Part shown: one piece after another, positions 22,365 through 37,100 of the stretch | Numbering within the stretch: position 1 is the stretch's first letter | Layout of the letters: each line of letters starts with the position of its first letter | Source of the DNA: Paraphysomonas bandaiensis | Lineage: Eukaryota > Protista > Chrysophyceae | Assembly (NCBI GenBank): GCA_965644295.1 | Contig: CBFFRP010000241.1 | Location: 1-64,000, forward strand | Direction: 5' to 3' | DNA: 64,000 nt | Notes under the pieces: model-generated | Seen by the model: only the letters and a program-made list of their open reading frames with translations | What the model was told of the DNA's origin: nothing | Databases searched by the model: none | Program-made: the position numbers and the translations under genes

Positions 22365-23168
22365 TTAGACTTCGTAATCTTCAACATGAAGGTACTGAAA
22401 GTCGTCTCTGACCATAGTATCGACTGTGCACGAAGTGTTCCTCGTAGCAGGGGGAGTCGAATCTGGTGTGTCGCTATATTTCTCCTTGCTGTTATCCTTA
22501 GCAAGGTATTTACCTGGCTTGACAGGTGTTGTAACTGGGGAATAACTTTGGTCGTTCATTAGATTTTGCTGATCATCCTTACCCTGAGTAGCCTGGCTGT
22601 GTGAAGAACTTGACATTTCTTGCGACTGCAAATCATTACTCGGAAGTACTCGTGACGTATTACTCTTTGGCTTAAAATTATCCAACAGACCCCGACTGAG
22701 AGAAAAACTGTGTTGTTTTGCAGATCGATATGATGAACGCTGTCGTTGTTCGATAAATGAATTTCTCTTTGCACGACCAATTAATCGTTGTACACGAATA
22801 CTCCAAACTTTCTTATTATTAGTTGGAATATGAAGTGGTCTTTGTCGTCGAGCTCTTTCATATGCATCATATTCATCAATAATCTCTTCATTATCTGGTC
22901 TAAAGAGTCTTACATAACGTACTAACATATCAGCATAATAATATTCCATATAAAAATTTAAACGTGTGATTGACCAGTTTATAATGGAATGTACATCAGG
23001 TTTATCATTACGTGATTCAATGAATAAAATCTTTAAGAAATCATCTTCTAATTGTGTATGTATAGTGAATAATGGGGAGAGTAATTGAAGTAATTCATAT
23101 AATTGTTCACAGTTAATTTTACCATATATAGTTTGATTAAAACATGTGAATATAGGGATACATATCAT
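22365..23168 (-). CDS. Hypothetical protein
   Basis: 267-aa ORF with the host's typical AT-rich 5' part; no family recognised. Confidence 0.5.
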   Translation of the reverse strand: MICIPIFTCFNQTIYGKINCEQLYELLQLLSPLFTIHTQLEDDFLKILFIESRNDKPDVHSIINWSITRLNFYMEYYYADMLVRYVRLFRPDNEEIIDEYDAYERARRQRPLHIPTNNKKVWSIRVQRLIGRAKRNSFIEQRQRSSYRSAKQHSFSLSRGLLDNFKPKSNTSRVLPSNDLQSQEMSSSSHSQATQGKDDQQNLMNDQSYSPVTTPVKPGKYLAKDNSKEKYSDTPDSTPPATRNTSCTVDTMVRDDFQYLHVEDYEV

Positions 23169-23932
23169 AGTGAGATGTGATTGGAATTATATGATCATGT
23201 TTAGTTGATGATTGATTGAGTTATGGGTGTGTATGGAATTGTGGATTAGAGGAGGATCTTAAGAGCATCTTGTGAGAGTGGCAGGACCATACATACATAC
23301 ATACCCATACATACCCATAGAGTAGATGCCATACATACATACCCACACATACCCTAGATACATGCCATACATACCATACATACACACACAGCAGTTGAAT
23401 CTGTTCGTCATCCAAAAAAATTCAAAGATCTTGAACCATTCATTCTTTACTGTATTTTTGTTGTATAAAATGTATTCCAGATTTCAAATTTTATATTTTA
23501 CAAACTGAAAAATTAAATGTATGTATGTATATATGTAAAAAATAATAAACTGAAAAATTTTTCTTTACGCACTGCCTGTATTGTTTTTTTTTCATCTCTA
23601 GAATTTTAGAAGGTTGAACAGTGAGATTTCATGTACTGTAGCTCCATATGTATGTATGTATACACACTCTACCTGTACCTGTGTACCTGTATGTGTATAT
23701 GTATGTGTATGTGTGCATATATATCTCTATATGAAGACATATATATATATATATATGGGAAGAGATGTGTATATATCTCTATATATAACACTCCATAGAT
23801 ATATAAATGTTATCATGTTAAAATCATTACAAAACAATTGATAATCAATCATTTACAGAATTCTTTCATAATCTTCACTCAAATCACTTGAACTCCCTTG
23901 AAATCACTTGAAATCATCTTCATTTCATAGAT

Positions 23933-24229
23933 ATGGAAACTAACACTGAAATTACTGGAAATTTAGTTGATTTAAGTATACAAATTCGACATATTCCAAC
24001 AAGAATGAATCTTCATGATATTGTTGAATTATTTGAACCATTTGGTATAATTACTCATGCTTGTTTGATCACTCGTATGGTCGACAATCAATTAGTGTTT
24101 ACTGGTGAAGCTAATATTCATATCAAGGGCCCTAATGGGTTACAAAATCGTTTATTGGATGAATTTAAGGAAAGTATTTCGCAACCGTCTACACTAAAGG
24201 TGACATTAACTGAAGTGCGCTATATTTGA
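23933..24229 (+). CDS. Small RRM-like protein (98 aa)
   Basis: SIQIRHIPTRMNLHDIVELFEPFGIITHACLI..FTGEANIHI follows RNP2/RNP1 spacing. Confidence 0.65.
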   Translation: METNTEITGNLVDLSIQIRHIPTRMNLHDIVELFEPFGIITHACLITRMVDNQLVFTGEANIHIKGPNGLQNRLLDEFKESISQPSTLKVTLTEVRYI

Positions 24230-24628
24230 CAACATCCGCATTCAGTTATAAAAGTTATGTGGAGTCTATTGATGCGGGTGGACTACATATCAATGCTGAA
24301 TGACCACTGTTCAGTATGAAAATTTGATACTACTGATGTGATGCGCCGCATTATAAATATATATTTCTTTTATGACTACTACGTCAATGAATGATTTCTT
24401 TTTTACAGTGGATAATTTCGTTTATTGGTGGGGATTTCATAGATTGATTGTTTGTATGCGTATTCGTGCATTTGTTGTGAAATTAATATGCTGAAGTGTG
24501 GTGAGAATTTTTCCTCTTATCGAATTCCTAATTTGTTAATATGTTTTCCCTTGTTTTTCAATATTGTATGTCATGCTATCGTTATTACTTTCGTGAAATA
24601 GTCTTGGTTTTTAGCGGAGTGAGCATCC

Positions 24629-24857
24629 ATTGAAATTCGAGTAATATCTATAGTTTTACAAAGGAAGTAAAGTCGGTTACTGATGTATGTCTGCACAAGA
24701 TATATCGGGAATAGGATAGAGTGGCGACTATTATATGGCAGATTCTAACGAGAGCAGAGGTTACATGATTATGTTGTAAAGTGTTCCAGAATACAACCAA
24801 GCAAGTGTAGAACACAGAACACGGACAGTGCGACACAACACACTGAAAATATTCAAC
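24629..24857 (+). mobile_element. Degenerate LTR-like fragment related to 44592..44877
   Basis: tatagtt(tt)acaaaggaa.taaa.tc.gttactgatgt..acaagatata shared with the LTR; ends ..ttcaac. Confidence 0.45.
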
Positions 24858-26258
24858 TTCTTTAAGAGGGTTTGTAGTAATATACCCCTAGCAACCGCTG
24901 TTACTATAGTAGTGAATGTCTGATTATTAGCAATAGGCGTCTAAGAGCTGGAACTAATGCAGCAATACAATTTAACTAGTGCTTAACTCTGATGCCCTAC
25001 TATTTGAAATAATTAAGACAGAAAGTAATAATTGCTATTATAATTGACAATTAATTGATACGCAGCCCTGCTATTTGGCGCTACAAAAGCTGCATGTGCG
25101 TCACAAGCACAAAGGTACGGCCACTTTCACTCTCTGTCCTTAAAGTAAACAGCCCAGATGCTTGACTTCAGTAAGCAGCCCAATGCCCCCGATGCCCTTG
25201 AGGTGGGTCCATTCCTGAAGGCCTGTATATTTGGCAAGAGCCAAAGACGTCTACACAAGCGACATTAATTAGTGTCTCTTGTACCACACAAGCATTTAGC
25301 TACTAGTGGGCAGAACAATATCTGCTCACGTTAGTTTACCGAAGATATGTCTCCTGTAATTATAAACCCCCAGAACCCAGAACACCACGAAAAGGTGCGA
25401 GTTAGACTTTGTTGAGGGTGTTACTATAGAATCTACATTCTGTCGAATTTATGGAATTCTGAATATTTTATTTATATAAACAAAATTTGTTTTTGATTCA
25501 CATAATATTATTAATGTATCGTTATATACCACATGCTTGGATTATAACTTTTGGTGTGGTACGTTAAGTCAGAAAGAAGTTATAAAATCGTAAGGAAACT
25601 GATGCTAATATCCTAGCTTAAAGCAACTCCTCGAGGTTCGATTACATCCATGGCTTCTGAACATACTGACAAATAGATGAACTATTTACAGGCGTGTAAA
25701 CGTAAAACAAAAGCAAGACTTTGGACCATAAAACGGGATCAGAACTTCACACTGTGTGGATGTATTTCCCTTAACTCATTATATTATGCCTTCTGCTGAC
25801 TGTTGGAATTCATACATTTATACTGTAGTGCACAACTTCTTAAAATAGTAGTACAGTGCTGAAACAACCTCAAATTTTGAAATATTTTATTGCACGGTAG
25901 TAGTATCAAAGTTTGATATATATATTATGACAGGTGTTAACTTAACAACTGAAGGTAAACATATACTCAATGCTGAGAATTATTTATTATATTCAATAAC
26001 TCTTATCATTTATCAAATTCATGTTGTCTTTACTACGTAGGAAAGTCTGATTATTACATGAGAACGGTTGTGTACAGAAACTAGTTTATATCTATAAACT
26101 AGCTAATAACTAGATTTGCTATATACTACTAGTGGCGGGCAACCGTCTCGGGACTGCTTGTGCATCGCTGCGAGCACCATGGTGCAACCGTCCCTTGTAG
26201 TGAGGTTAGTCGGGGGGTCTACCTTTGGGCAATGTGTCTGGCGGGCCTGTGCCATGGA

Positions 26259-26768
26259 TTATGTGAGGGGTGGATGAGGCGAGATGTATATGAGAGTGTA
26301 AGTCGGCGGTGGAGATGGTGCTGGTTGTTGTGGTGGGGTTTCGGCCACAAGTAAGGAGGAGTTGTTTTCGGAGTGGTTGCGCTTGCCTCTGTCGGGTCTG
26401 GACTCTTGCAGAGAGTGTAGTTCTTGGGGTGGATGTCGCCTGGAGTAGTTGGAGTATTTTTGGTGTTGGGTGAGTATCCTGGGACTGGCGTTGCTGTGAA
26501 TGTGTCGTGACCGGTGTCGCCGGTGCCGTGTCTGCGTTGTGGTGTCTGAATCCCCTATTGCGAAGCATGCTGAGCCCTCCATCATATAGGGGGAGTAGGA
26601 TAGAGGATAGAGGATAGAGGCGATGGATTTTTCGAGGGCGTGGAACTGATGTTCGATCAGTGAGCTGGATATGTGGCGTCCGAATGCGTCGGCCAATTGT
26701 GTGGCAGTAATGTGGCCGGTCCAGTAGCGCTCAACCTGGGGGGTGGTTGGTGTTGTCTTTACTACCAC
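26259..26768 (-). CDS. Hypothetical protein (probably spliced)
   Basis: ATG ORF with plausible globular N-terminus (YWTGHITATQLADAFG..ALEKSIASIL); no family recognised. Confidence 0.35.
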   Translation of the reverse strand: MVVKTTPTTPQVERYWTGHITATQLADAFGRHISSSLIEHQFHALEKSIASILYPLSYSPYMMEGSACFAIGDSDTTTQTRHRRHRSRHIHSNASPRILTQHQKYSNYSRRHPPQELHSLQESRPDRGKRNHSENNSSLLVAETPPQQPAPSPPPTYTLIYISPHPPLT

Positions 26769-27293
26769 TCATTTCTCGAACGATCTTACTTCGTCATTAC
26801 AACTTGCATCGACACTATGTTCCGTTTCACTACTATATACTTATCGTCAATTATTCTCGTAGTACGATTAACCACAACTAACTGTATACTACTCGTAACG
26901 GTTATAATTTAAATACATTATAACTACAGCTTTCAATTGCTTCTCATATAGCAGAACTCAACAAGTAGCAATAAAACTAATAGCTGCTCCATACCGGCAT
27001 ATAAAACAGTTGAAACCACAAACCAGAAGACATAAAACTAATCTTAGTGGCCAGTGTACAAATGCTACAGTGCTGGACACAGCTCATATCTGTGTATCAC
27101 ATATTATAAATATTAGTTAAGCCCGACTTTACACTTATATCATGACAACCAAAGGTTATTGCCAAAATTGTCGCGGTCTAACACAAACGAAACTGAAGAT
27201 ACTGCGGAATAAGCACCACCGAAAAATATATATCGAAGCACAGAAACACATATGCAACGTCTCAAGAAACGATACTTACGATCGGTCTGCTTC

Positions 27294-29939
27294 TCAGAAG
27301 TCATCCCAGTTGTCGCCACCGTCAGAAGAGACAGCAAGCTTCTTCACAACTGGCTTAGCTTTCTTGTTACTGCTATCTTTTTTAACGGAAGCAGTTGATT
27401 TCTTGTTTCTATCACTAAAAGATGGAGGCGAAGACACTGAGGACTCTAACATATTGGGGATATTGTCCTCTCGAGAAGGATTATCTAAAATGTTGTCAAG
27501 ATCCATGTCATCATCATCACTCCAACCACCAGCCACTACTTCCTTCTCATTAGCAACAGCTAGCGAACTGCTGTTAATGTCGACAGCAGGGTCCATTTCC
27601 TTGAGAGATCCAGAGCTGTCTGCACCACTGACCTGTCCCTGACAAAACTGCTCCGGTGCTGACTGGACTTTACGAGACGGCGAGTCCGTCGTCACCTGCT
27701 GGATACTTTTAGAGAGACCATCCACAGCCCAAGTTGTCCAATCAGATGTCCCGAAATTGGACCCGCTGGAGGATGAGGGAGGAGTGGGTATGCTGCTTGT
27801 CGGTTTCCCTGGTGTGTTATCAGGGGCTGCTGAAGGTGCAGAAGCGCGTCTTTCAGTGTGATGCTTTTTTACAACCTTAGAACTAGCCTCAAGAACACTT
27901 AAGGCAAGCTCACGGACATCAGGTGACTTGTCCGCCAGAAGTAGACATATCTGTGGCATGAGCCTGGTCATGAGCGCGGGAGGATCACATAGCTGCAGCG
28001 ATGCATCTGTAGCCTTCAGACCAGCTATCCTAAAATTCACTCATATGTTATCAAATATAATCATCGACGGCAGTTATTCTTTGAAACGTAACACTGCCTC
28101 CTCCTTATACAGCTATGTAGTTAAAGTACCTGCAATGCGAGAATGGGTCCTTCATGGCCTTTGTATACGCTTGGGCTAAAACGCGATTCCTGAAAGGGGA
28201 GAAACAAAGCTCATCAGCACGCATTCGCAGTCAATTGCAACGACACACAAAAATTGCACACAGTGAGGGTAACATATTACCTGACAGATTCCTTCAGCTT
28301 CGGCATGATGCGACTAATAAAAATGGTGGCATTCGTACGAATGGAGTTTTCGGGATCGTTCTGCAGGCCTGATATACAGCGCACGAGCTTATCCTGTAGC
28401 TGCTGTTCGTCAAGTTTATCTACGATATGGACCAGGCTCTTAAGAGTTTCCTCCCTGAGTCTGTAAAAATATAACGTTACATTAACTCCTGCAAGCACTG
28501 AACTCTTACTTGGCATTGGAATCCGCAAATCCGCCCATGAGCGGGTCAAATATTCTCTTGTTTACTGACTCTCGAGGTAACAGGTGTACTAGCGATTTGA
28601 GAGACCTTAACAAAGCTGTCCTTATAGTTCTGTCACTAAGCATCCACAGCTGCTGCAAGGGAACCAGACAAGTATTCAAGAATGGGGCCTCCTCAACCTT
28701 GTTCGCCCCAGCGCATCCTGCCAGCAGATCCAAGGACGACTGCACAGTCTGTAACACAAAGTATATTAAATACAAATATGCCAGTGAACAAACAGTTATA
28801 TATCTTACCTGTCTGCAAGTCTCTCTGGCGTCCCTGTTCTGGAACTCCCCTGCGGCATGACTCAGAGATTGGCCTAAGCTGGGCAAAATCTTGAAAGTAC
28901 ATGCTGCTCTAGAAATGACATCTATTTTATTTCTGAGTTCCTTAAAGAGCTCCACACATTCACCAGGGGGTTTCAGTTGGAGCTCTGTAATGGCAGTCAT
29001 CATATTGAGCTGCTCTGAGTGGAAGCAACCAATCCTGAGAAGGGTTGGACAAGCAGGGCGTCTCTTTGGCTCTGCCGACAACATACGTTTCAGCGGTCCA
29101 GTAAGTGCCTGGGGCCTTTCCAGTAGCGGTAGGGCAGAGAATACATATTCTATGAGTCGCCCTATAGAGTATATATCGATAGTGGGGCCGGCACTAAAAC
29201 TCGAGCCAGTGGATGACGACGGGGCGGAGACTTCTTTGGAGTAAACATTTACCCAGCTGCCATCCATTCTCTCCGGACAGCGGTATTCATTTTCCAACAT
29301 ACTTTCATGCAGCTTAAAGTGCTCCCGTTCTTCGCTAACGTCACAAGCCACATCCAGGAACCCCAATTTCCAGTCGCCGTTCTTCGTTACAAAGCACGAT
29401 TGTGGAGATACCATGCCATGTGTAATTCGACAGCTCGCATGCAAAAAATTGCATCCCTCTATAACACACTTCAATCCCCAAAGTACTTCGAGCAGTAAGG
29501 ATTCTTTCTCAGCTTCAGATATAGAAGTGCCTGAATGTTGTCGAACCCAAGCATCCACAGGCATACCATACTCCGTTACCACAGCAATAGAATCCTCTAG
29601 TTCAGTGCTTTCAATATAAGATAATACATATGGATGTCTGATAATATATATATTACACTCGTTATTATACACTATATACATACTTGATTGTTTTCAGTCG
29701 TTGAATGCCTCTTTGTGCAAGTGTTTTATAAGAAACATTTGCAGGAGTTTTTGTGTATTTAAATATAGATACTTGATCTTTTTTTATAGTATCATCATCC
29801 TTATTCATAGTTATGATATGAAGGGTATGAATTATAGTGGAGTTACCTTCTTGCGTCCATGAAATAGTTGCCAGTAGGGGAGTGACGTGAGTTGGATCTC
29901 ATCATTCATATCATACGGTATGCTTGATGAAACACCCAT
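27294..29939 (-). CDS. SCY1-like pseudokinase with HEAT repeats (SCYL1/Cex1 family), spliced
   Basis: Start MGVSSS (myristoylation-like); RHPYVLSYIES, FLHASCRITHGMVSPQSCFVTKNGDWKLG, GFADSNA|LREETLKS, LQNDPENSIRTNATI, RIAGLKA, DKSPDVRE, C-terminal GGWSDD and NWDDF. Confidence 0.88.
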
Positions 29940-30274
29940 TGGTATGATGGGAGGATGTGTGTAGTGATTTGTGGGATGTAGTTATGGTTGATTAGAATGA
30001 TGGGAGTGCATTATATGTGCTGGAAGTTAGATATGAGTATATATGTATGTATATGTATGTATGTATATGTATGTATGTATATGTATATGTATGTATGTAA
30101 CTCAACACACCACTACACTGCACTGTACTATACTACAGTAGAGGTATACATACTCTATACTCGTACATACATAATGTATGTACATATATATATATATATA
30201 TATACAGTACTGCTATACCATATACATACAGGAGCACTTTCTGCCACAACTCCAACCTACCATACACACAGTAC

Positions 30275-30975
30275 TGTAGTTTTTGGTCCATAAAAACCAT
30301 AAAAAACGCTTTTTATATTTTGATCACGCAAAAACTCCAGTTTTTTAGTTGTTCTGTCTGAAATATTCCCACTATCATACTAGTAAATTGATATACAGCA
30401 GTATGCAGTAGTTAACGTATCGTATCGTCCCATGTTTATGTGCTACTCTGGTGGACATCAGGGGGTGCAATTTGTTCATTGAAAAAATCATCATTTTTAC
30501 ATTAAAAAGTCACTTTTTTCACTTTTCACTGAAAAAACGATGACTTTTCAATGAAATAAACGACAAATCGACATCCACAGTAATCATCAGTGGGGTGTTG
30601 TGCATATCGATTTTATCAATTTGTTCATTGAAAAGTCATCATTTTTCCATTAAAAAGTCACTTTTTTTCAATTTTCAATGAAAAAACGATGACATTGATG
30701 GACATCCACCACCACCCCAGCAGTATCATGAGATCAACCCTGGCACCACTGTATCACTCTATGAGTATGATCATAGCCATATCATACGTACACATCCTCT
30801 ATACGATACTGTAGTATACATACATCCATCCCTCCGTATGCATCTTATTTTTCGGAAATAAATTGAAGCAAAAATCTTCTATATTACTGATATACAACTA
30901 CGGTTGGAATAGAGATAATTATTGTCTCAATATTAGAGGCATCTCTGAACAAAAATATACACAGGATGTCGATAC
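30275..30975. repeat. Composite intergenic repeat block shared with 40500-41090
   Basis: Three modules: 30277-30350 (inverted at 41020-41088), ttcattgaaaa..aagtcactttttt..aaaaaacgatga twice (also ~40900-40985) and the 130-bp repeat at 30840. Confidence 0.8.
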
Positions 30976-31189
30976 GTCTACGAGATCTATCATAGTAAAC
31001 CTCCCTCACCAGTGTGTTTATATATACAACCATCACTCTCTCTACTACCATGATATAGTTATAAATCTCTTATTATTCACTCATACCAAACTTATTGGAA
31101 TATTCTCTATATCCATATCTATCTAGAGAAGCATTTCATGCAGTGATTCTATTCATTTAAAGTATTTATATATCTGTTTTACTATCATC

Positions 31190-34100
31190 ATGGCTGACGA
31201 CGCTAGAGACAATAATCCAGCCAGTCGTGCTGAACTTATTGCTAAAATGGAACTATATTTAAGTCATAGGAATGCATTATTATCCATGTGGCAAACACAA
31301 GGCTTTCAAGGGACTGCATTTGATCAAACTAACAGTGTGGAGAGTATATCTGATATGGATATCGTTCGCAGAGGATATCCGCAGATATATGATCCAAATT
31401 TTAGGCAACGTGGTCTTAATGGTGATGTAGTATCTAATCTTCGGCAACTCTATGAGTGTGCTTCCACAGTAAAGTCGACATTTGATAATGCATTGACGCG
31501 TATTGCCAAAGACGCGGGACTGAATACAACAAGCTGGGATGGTTTGTCTGAGCAGCCCCCGGGGACAGGTCTCATCTTATGTGCCCTCAAAATGGCCGAT
31601 CGTGCTACGGATAAAATTCGTGAAAAGTATTTGAAAATTGAACCAGGACCCCCGGAGTCTTGGCTGTATGATGTCGTGCGGGCGTGCTTTGTCTGTGAAT
31701 CCGAAGAGCAGATATGCGCGATATGTGATAGCATTCAGAATTTTCATAGTTTTGAAGTTGTTCGTATTAAGAATTACTTTACATCTCCTCATACTTCTGG
31801 GTACCGAGATGTTCAACTTACTGTCCGCATGATGGTGAAGAACAAACAGGGTCATCTCATGTATTTTATATGTGAAGTAACGGTCACTCATCGCAATATG
31901 CAGCAGTATGAAGTAAGCAAGAAGACTAGGGAAGTAAGGGAATATTTTCGAAGTCTTTTTTCTGGACCCCAGAGCAAACAAGAGATTATAGTTGGAATCA
32001 TGGAAAAGTGCGTAAAAGAGGTGTCTACAGCTCTCGCAAATTGTAAAAGTGATGATGACCCGGAGAGAGTTGTGGGCCAAGTAATTACAGATTTTGCTGA
32101 AGAAGAATGGTCGCAGGAGGTAGGAGAAGATGACGATGAGGTTTTAGAGGGATGGGTTGATATGCTCAAATTCCTATCCGACTATGAATCTGCGGAGAAG
32201 ATTCACAGAAAACTATTGAAACTTCTAGTGCTGAAGCACGGAGAGGTCGGTGAATTATTCCATTGTTATCATATCGCATTGTATTGACATGAATTTGGGA
32301 TTAGGATGATGTGGAGGTGGCAGAAGCTCTGGATACTCTTGCAGTGCTTCTTAGACGCCAGGCCAAATATCCACAAAGTATTGCTCTCTATGAGAAGAGT
32401 ATATACGTCCGCACAAGGTTAGTCACACACGAATGCCATGCAGCTTCTGCACTTTGATAGAGTATTTGTTTATTTATTTATGTGTATATAGATTGTATGG
32501 AGAAAAGCATCCGTTCGTGGCAAGTACACTTCATGCGATGGCAGGGGTCATGTTTGAACAACGCAAGTTCGCTATGGCGCTCCCTCTTCACGAACAGGTC
32601 AGTCACAAAGTGTATGAAGTTCGTATATAGAGCCATATCAATTTTGTATACTACGATTACTATGTTGAGAGAATTGCACTGGTGTTTTTGCTTACTCAAC
32701 TCCTGACAGGTGTTGCTAATACGACGTCAAGTGCATGGGAATAGTCACCCAGATGTGGCCTCATCACTGAATAATCTGGCGAGTATAATGGAAGCTCAGG
32801 GCAAGGTGGAAGAAGCAAAGGTGAATAGCTTTATTTGTATGCTTACGTATATGATACTCTGTCTCCAGGATTTTTACACCCAAGCAATTGATGTCTGGAG
32901 GGATGTGTACGGTGATCTTCACCCCTACGTAGCTACATGCATCAACAGTTTGGCGGTACTTTTAGATGCATCAATGCAGCATGCCGAAGCGAAACCATAC
33001 TTTGAACAGTCTTTGGCTATTCGCGTGTCGATATATGGGGAGTTTCATTCCACAGTTGCAGCGTCACTAAACAATTTGGCATTGTGTCTAAAAAAGCTTG
33101 GTGAGACCATGGTCACTTCTATGCACATGTACTTCCTTTTTCTGTATTAATTTCGGCTTGGCTCTATACACAGCAACAGATATAGATATGTAATTGTATT
33201 GCTATGTAGGTGAATATGATGAAGCTGAACCACTTTATGAGAGATCTTTGGCTATCCGAAAACAGCAGTTTGGTGAACGCCATCCGGCAGTCGCCACAAC
33301 TTTGAACAATCTGGGTTTGCTCCTGAAGAAGCAGAAGAAATATGAACAAGCTAGACCATGTTATATACAGGCATTAAGCATCCGTCGGGAGGTGTATGGA
33401 AACAACCATGCCGATGTTGCAGCTTCGTTGAATAATCTCGCCTTACTGTTTGATGCCATGGGACAAAGGAATGAGGCACTCAAATTTCATGAAGAAGCTC
33501 TTGAGATACGATGTAGAGTGTTTGGTGGAGACCACAAACTTGTCGCTGAAACATATAATAACTTAGGTATGCAACGCAGATATATTGTACGCCCGTTGTA
33601 CTTACTGTGTTTATTGCTGGCAGGTCTACTGCTGAAGAAAATGGGAAATACATCACGAGCAAGGAGCATGTTTGAAATGGCTCTTCGCATCCGTCTCCTA
33701 TATGGTGAGGACCACCCTGATGTTCGTGCAACACAAGCGTGTATTGCTTCCTTGGCTGAGGCTGAAGAGACCATCACTAATTCATTGTCTCCTCAAACCG
33801 AACGAGCCGGCTCAACAGATATGGCCGTACATCTGCGAGTATATGGTCGTGAGCAAACAACTCTTGCTCACAGTCTCCGGGATATTGCGCAAAAACTTGG
33901 TGAGAATGGGTTCATCGAACAATCTCGACCCATGTTGGAGCAGTCTCTAGCACTGCTTAAAATTGCATTGAATGAAAACGATGAAGAGATCGCTATAGCT
34001 TCTACTTATTTAGCTGAAGCGTATAGATGTGTAGGTAAAATCTCCCTAGCGTTGAAGCTGTACCAAGATGCAACAAAGATCCTTCGTGTGGTGTATGGTA

Positions 34101-37100
34101 AATGTCATACAGCGGTGATAAAGAGTTTGGTGGAGGAATCTGCCCTTCTTGCGAAACAAGGCAATTTTGATGCCGCTAAAGGTATATTACATGAGTGTCT
34201 CGCTCTAACTCAACAACTCCATGGCGAGGAGCATGAGGAGGTGGCGGCCGTACTTAGTGCACTGGCCTGCGTGTGTAAAAGTGACGGTGACTATTCTCAC
34301 GCTAAGCATATTCATGAAAAAGCACTCAGCATGCGCATTAAGCTGTCTGGGGAGAACCACCCATTAGTAGCTCTGTCTTTAAGCGAAATTGGGGCCCTTA
34401 TGCAAGGCATGGGGAACTACGAAGATGCGATAGCGTTGCACCAGCAGGCACTGAGTATGCGCGTCGAAGCGTACGGAGGAAATATGCACCGTGATGTGGC
34501 TCTTTCACATCGGGACTTGGGGCTCGTATATAAGGAAGCAGGCATGTTTGAGGATGCGAAAGATGAGTTTGAGACGGCTGCAAGAATATTTACTCAAGTA
34601 GGAGGGGACCGAGATCCAGTGCTTGCTGCAACGTTGAACGATCTTGCAACTGTTGTTGTTGTGCCTGGTGGGGTTGGGGACTTGGATGCAGCTATTCCTA
34701 AGTTCGAGAAGGCATTAGATATTCGCATTAAGAGGTTGGTGCATACATGTATATTTTTTATTTGCTTCGGATGAGCGTGTGTTATGTATTGTTTGAACCA
34801 TATAAAACAATATGTACGACAGTCTAAGAAATATGCAGGTATGGTAGAATCCATGCTGACACAGCGCAATCTATGCACGACCTCGCTTGTGTTCTTCGGT
34901 CGTACCCCTATGATAGAGTGCATGAGCGCTCTCTTGCTATATTGTTCCTGGAAGACGCATTGGCTGTACGAAACGAGCTGTACAGCGAGGAGAATGACCA
35001 TCCCGATGTTGTTCGCACACTCTCTGAACTCTGTACTGCCCTGGTTGAAGAGGAATTATGGGAAGAAGTTTTATCTCCTGCCCACCAGCTACTTGAAGTC
35101 CGTAAAAGGGAGTATCCAGATGAAGATAATGACGAACTCATTGATGCTTACAGCATGCTGTCTCTTGTGTGCATGCGAAATTCTGACCTGAAAGAATCGA
35201 AAGATCATGCGACAAAAGCTCTTGATATATGCAAACGAATGTATGGAGAAAATAATGAACGTACAGCTACTTCGTATACTCTTCTCGCAGAGGTAAGAGA
35301 GGCTGAAGGAAAGTACAACAAGGCTCGTGCGCTACATGAGCTGGCTCTTAAGGTGCGGAACTCATTATATGGAGGGATTCACAACCTTGTTGCGGAATCG
35401 TTGGAGAGTATTGGACATATCCGTGTCCGTTCTGAGAAACACGAGAAGGCCCGCGAGATGTTTACTCAAGCACTTAATATTCGTCGCAAATTGACTAACG
35501 ACAATCCTGACATCTTCATAGCATACACTCTGAGTGATATCTTCTTAACACTGGTAGCACAGGATAGGTGTGAAGAGGCCAAGCCTATTGCTATTGAGGC
35601 ACTTCGACTTAGACAAACAGTATGTGCTAACAACGAACTGCTAATTGCAGAGAGTATGGTTCAGCTCTCTGCTATTCACACACAGCTGCTGGAGCACAAT
35701 GAGGCGAGACCACTCCTTGATGAAGGTTGGCATAGTGTTCGTCTGGCCACTGTCTAGTGACTGTTGTATGTACGCAGCTTTAAAAATTCGACTTCAGATT
35801 TTGGGACCAGTATCTCCGCAGGCGGCAGAGATGTATCATCTCTTGGGACGAAACCTGCAGGAACTTGGCCTCATAGAGGAGGCTAGAGGTCTGTACATTG
35901 TATGTTTTGTTTTTTTCTGACAGGATTTTGTAGATGCTTTGCTAAAGGCCTTAAATATACATATGAAGATAAGTAATGAGGATGATTCGGAAGAAAGTGC
36001 TGATACTTATCTGGAATTAGCCATGCTTTTTCATAGTGTGTCTGACTACGATGAGGCAATATTCTACTTCGAACAAGCTTTGGAAATGCGAATTCGTATG
36101 GAGGGGTTAGAGAGCGAAAGCGTGGCTAGTTGCTTGTTGAAAATGGCATTTACGTACCGTAAGATGGGGGAGCTGGAAGACTCCAGAAGGAGATATGAAC
36201 AAGCTATTGCAATTTTGACTAATATGCATGGTTCTGCTCATCTCGATGTTGCTACAGCTTTGGCTAGTTTGTCGTCACTGGCGTTTTATGAAATGAATTA
36301 CGAGGAGGCACTATTACTGAGTAAGCAAGTGCTCTTGATTAGGAAGAAGTTGCTGGGGCACTATCACATTGAATACATAAACACTCTGGCAAATCAGGCC
36401 ACCATTCTGGAGAAATTAGGGCGTGTGAAGGACGCCCTCGACAATATGAACAAGGTCTATCGTTGGAGAAAAGTAAATCTTGATCACAGTGATATCGGCT
36501 ACATTCAATGTCTTGTGAGCATGGCCAACTTGAAGCGCAAGGTGGGAAGCTTAGAGGACGCACAATCATTCAACTCGCTGGCGATAGACGCTTTGACTAC
36601 TTTGAAGGGTCCCACGGATCTCGATGTGATGGATAGACATGCCTTCAGTGCAGATGTATTAAAGGTGTTAGGCCAGTACAATGAAGCTGAGCGGATTCTG
36701 AGAAAAGTTGTATATCAGTTTACAGCCACTAGTGGCACGAATGACCCCGAAACAGCTCAACATATGTATTCCCTAGCCACTCTCCTCAAGAAGATTGGCA
36801 AGTATGAAGAGGCGAGTAGGTTGTACAAGCTGGCTTTTCAAGCGCAAACAGAAGCATTCGGCCGTGATTCGCCTGTTGTTGCTTCTACTTTAAATAACAT
36901 GGGTGTAATGTACGTTGATCAAGACCGGTTTGATGATGCCGAACAGCTATTTGTGGAAGCTTTGCAAATCCGTCGCTCAGCTTTTGGGGAGAATCATCCT
37001 GATGTGGCTGCTTCATTGAATAACTTAGCAGCATTATATGATGTTCGTGGCAACTACGGGAAAGCGAAGACGATGTATGAAGACTCTTTGAAGATACGCT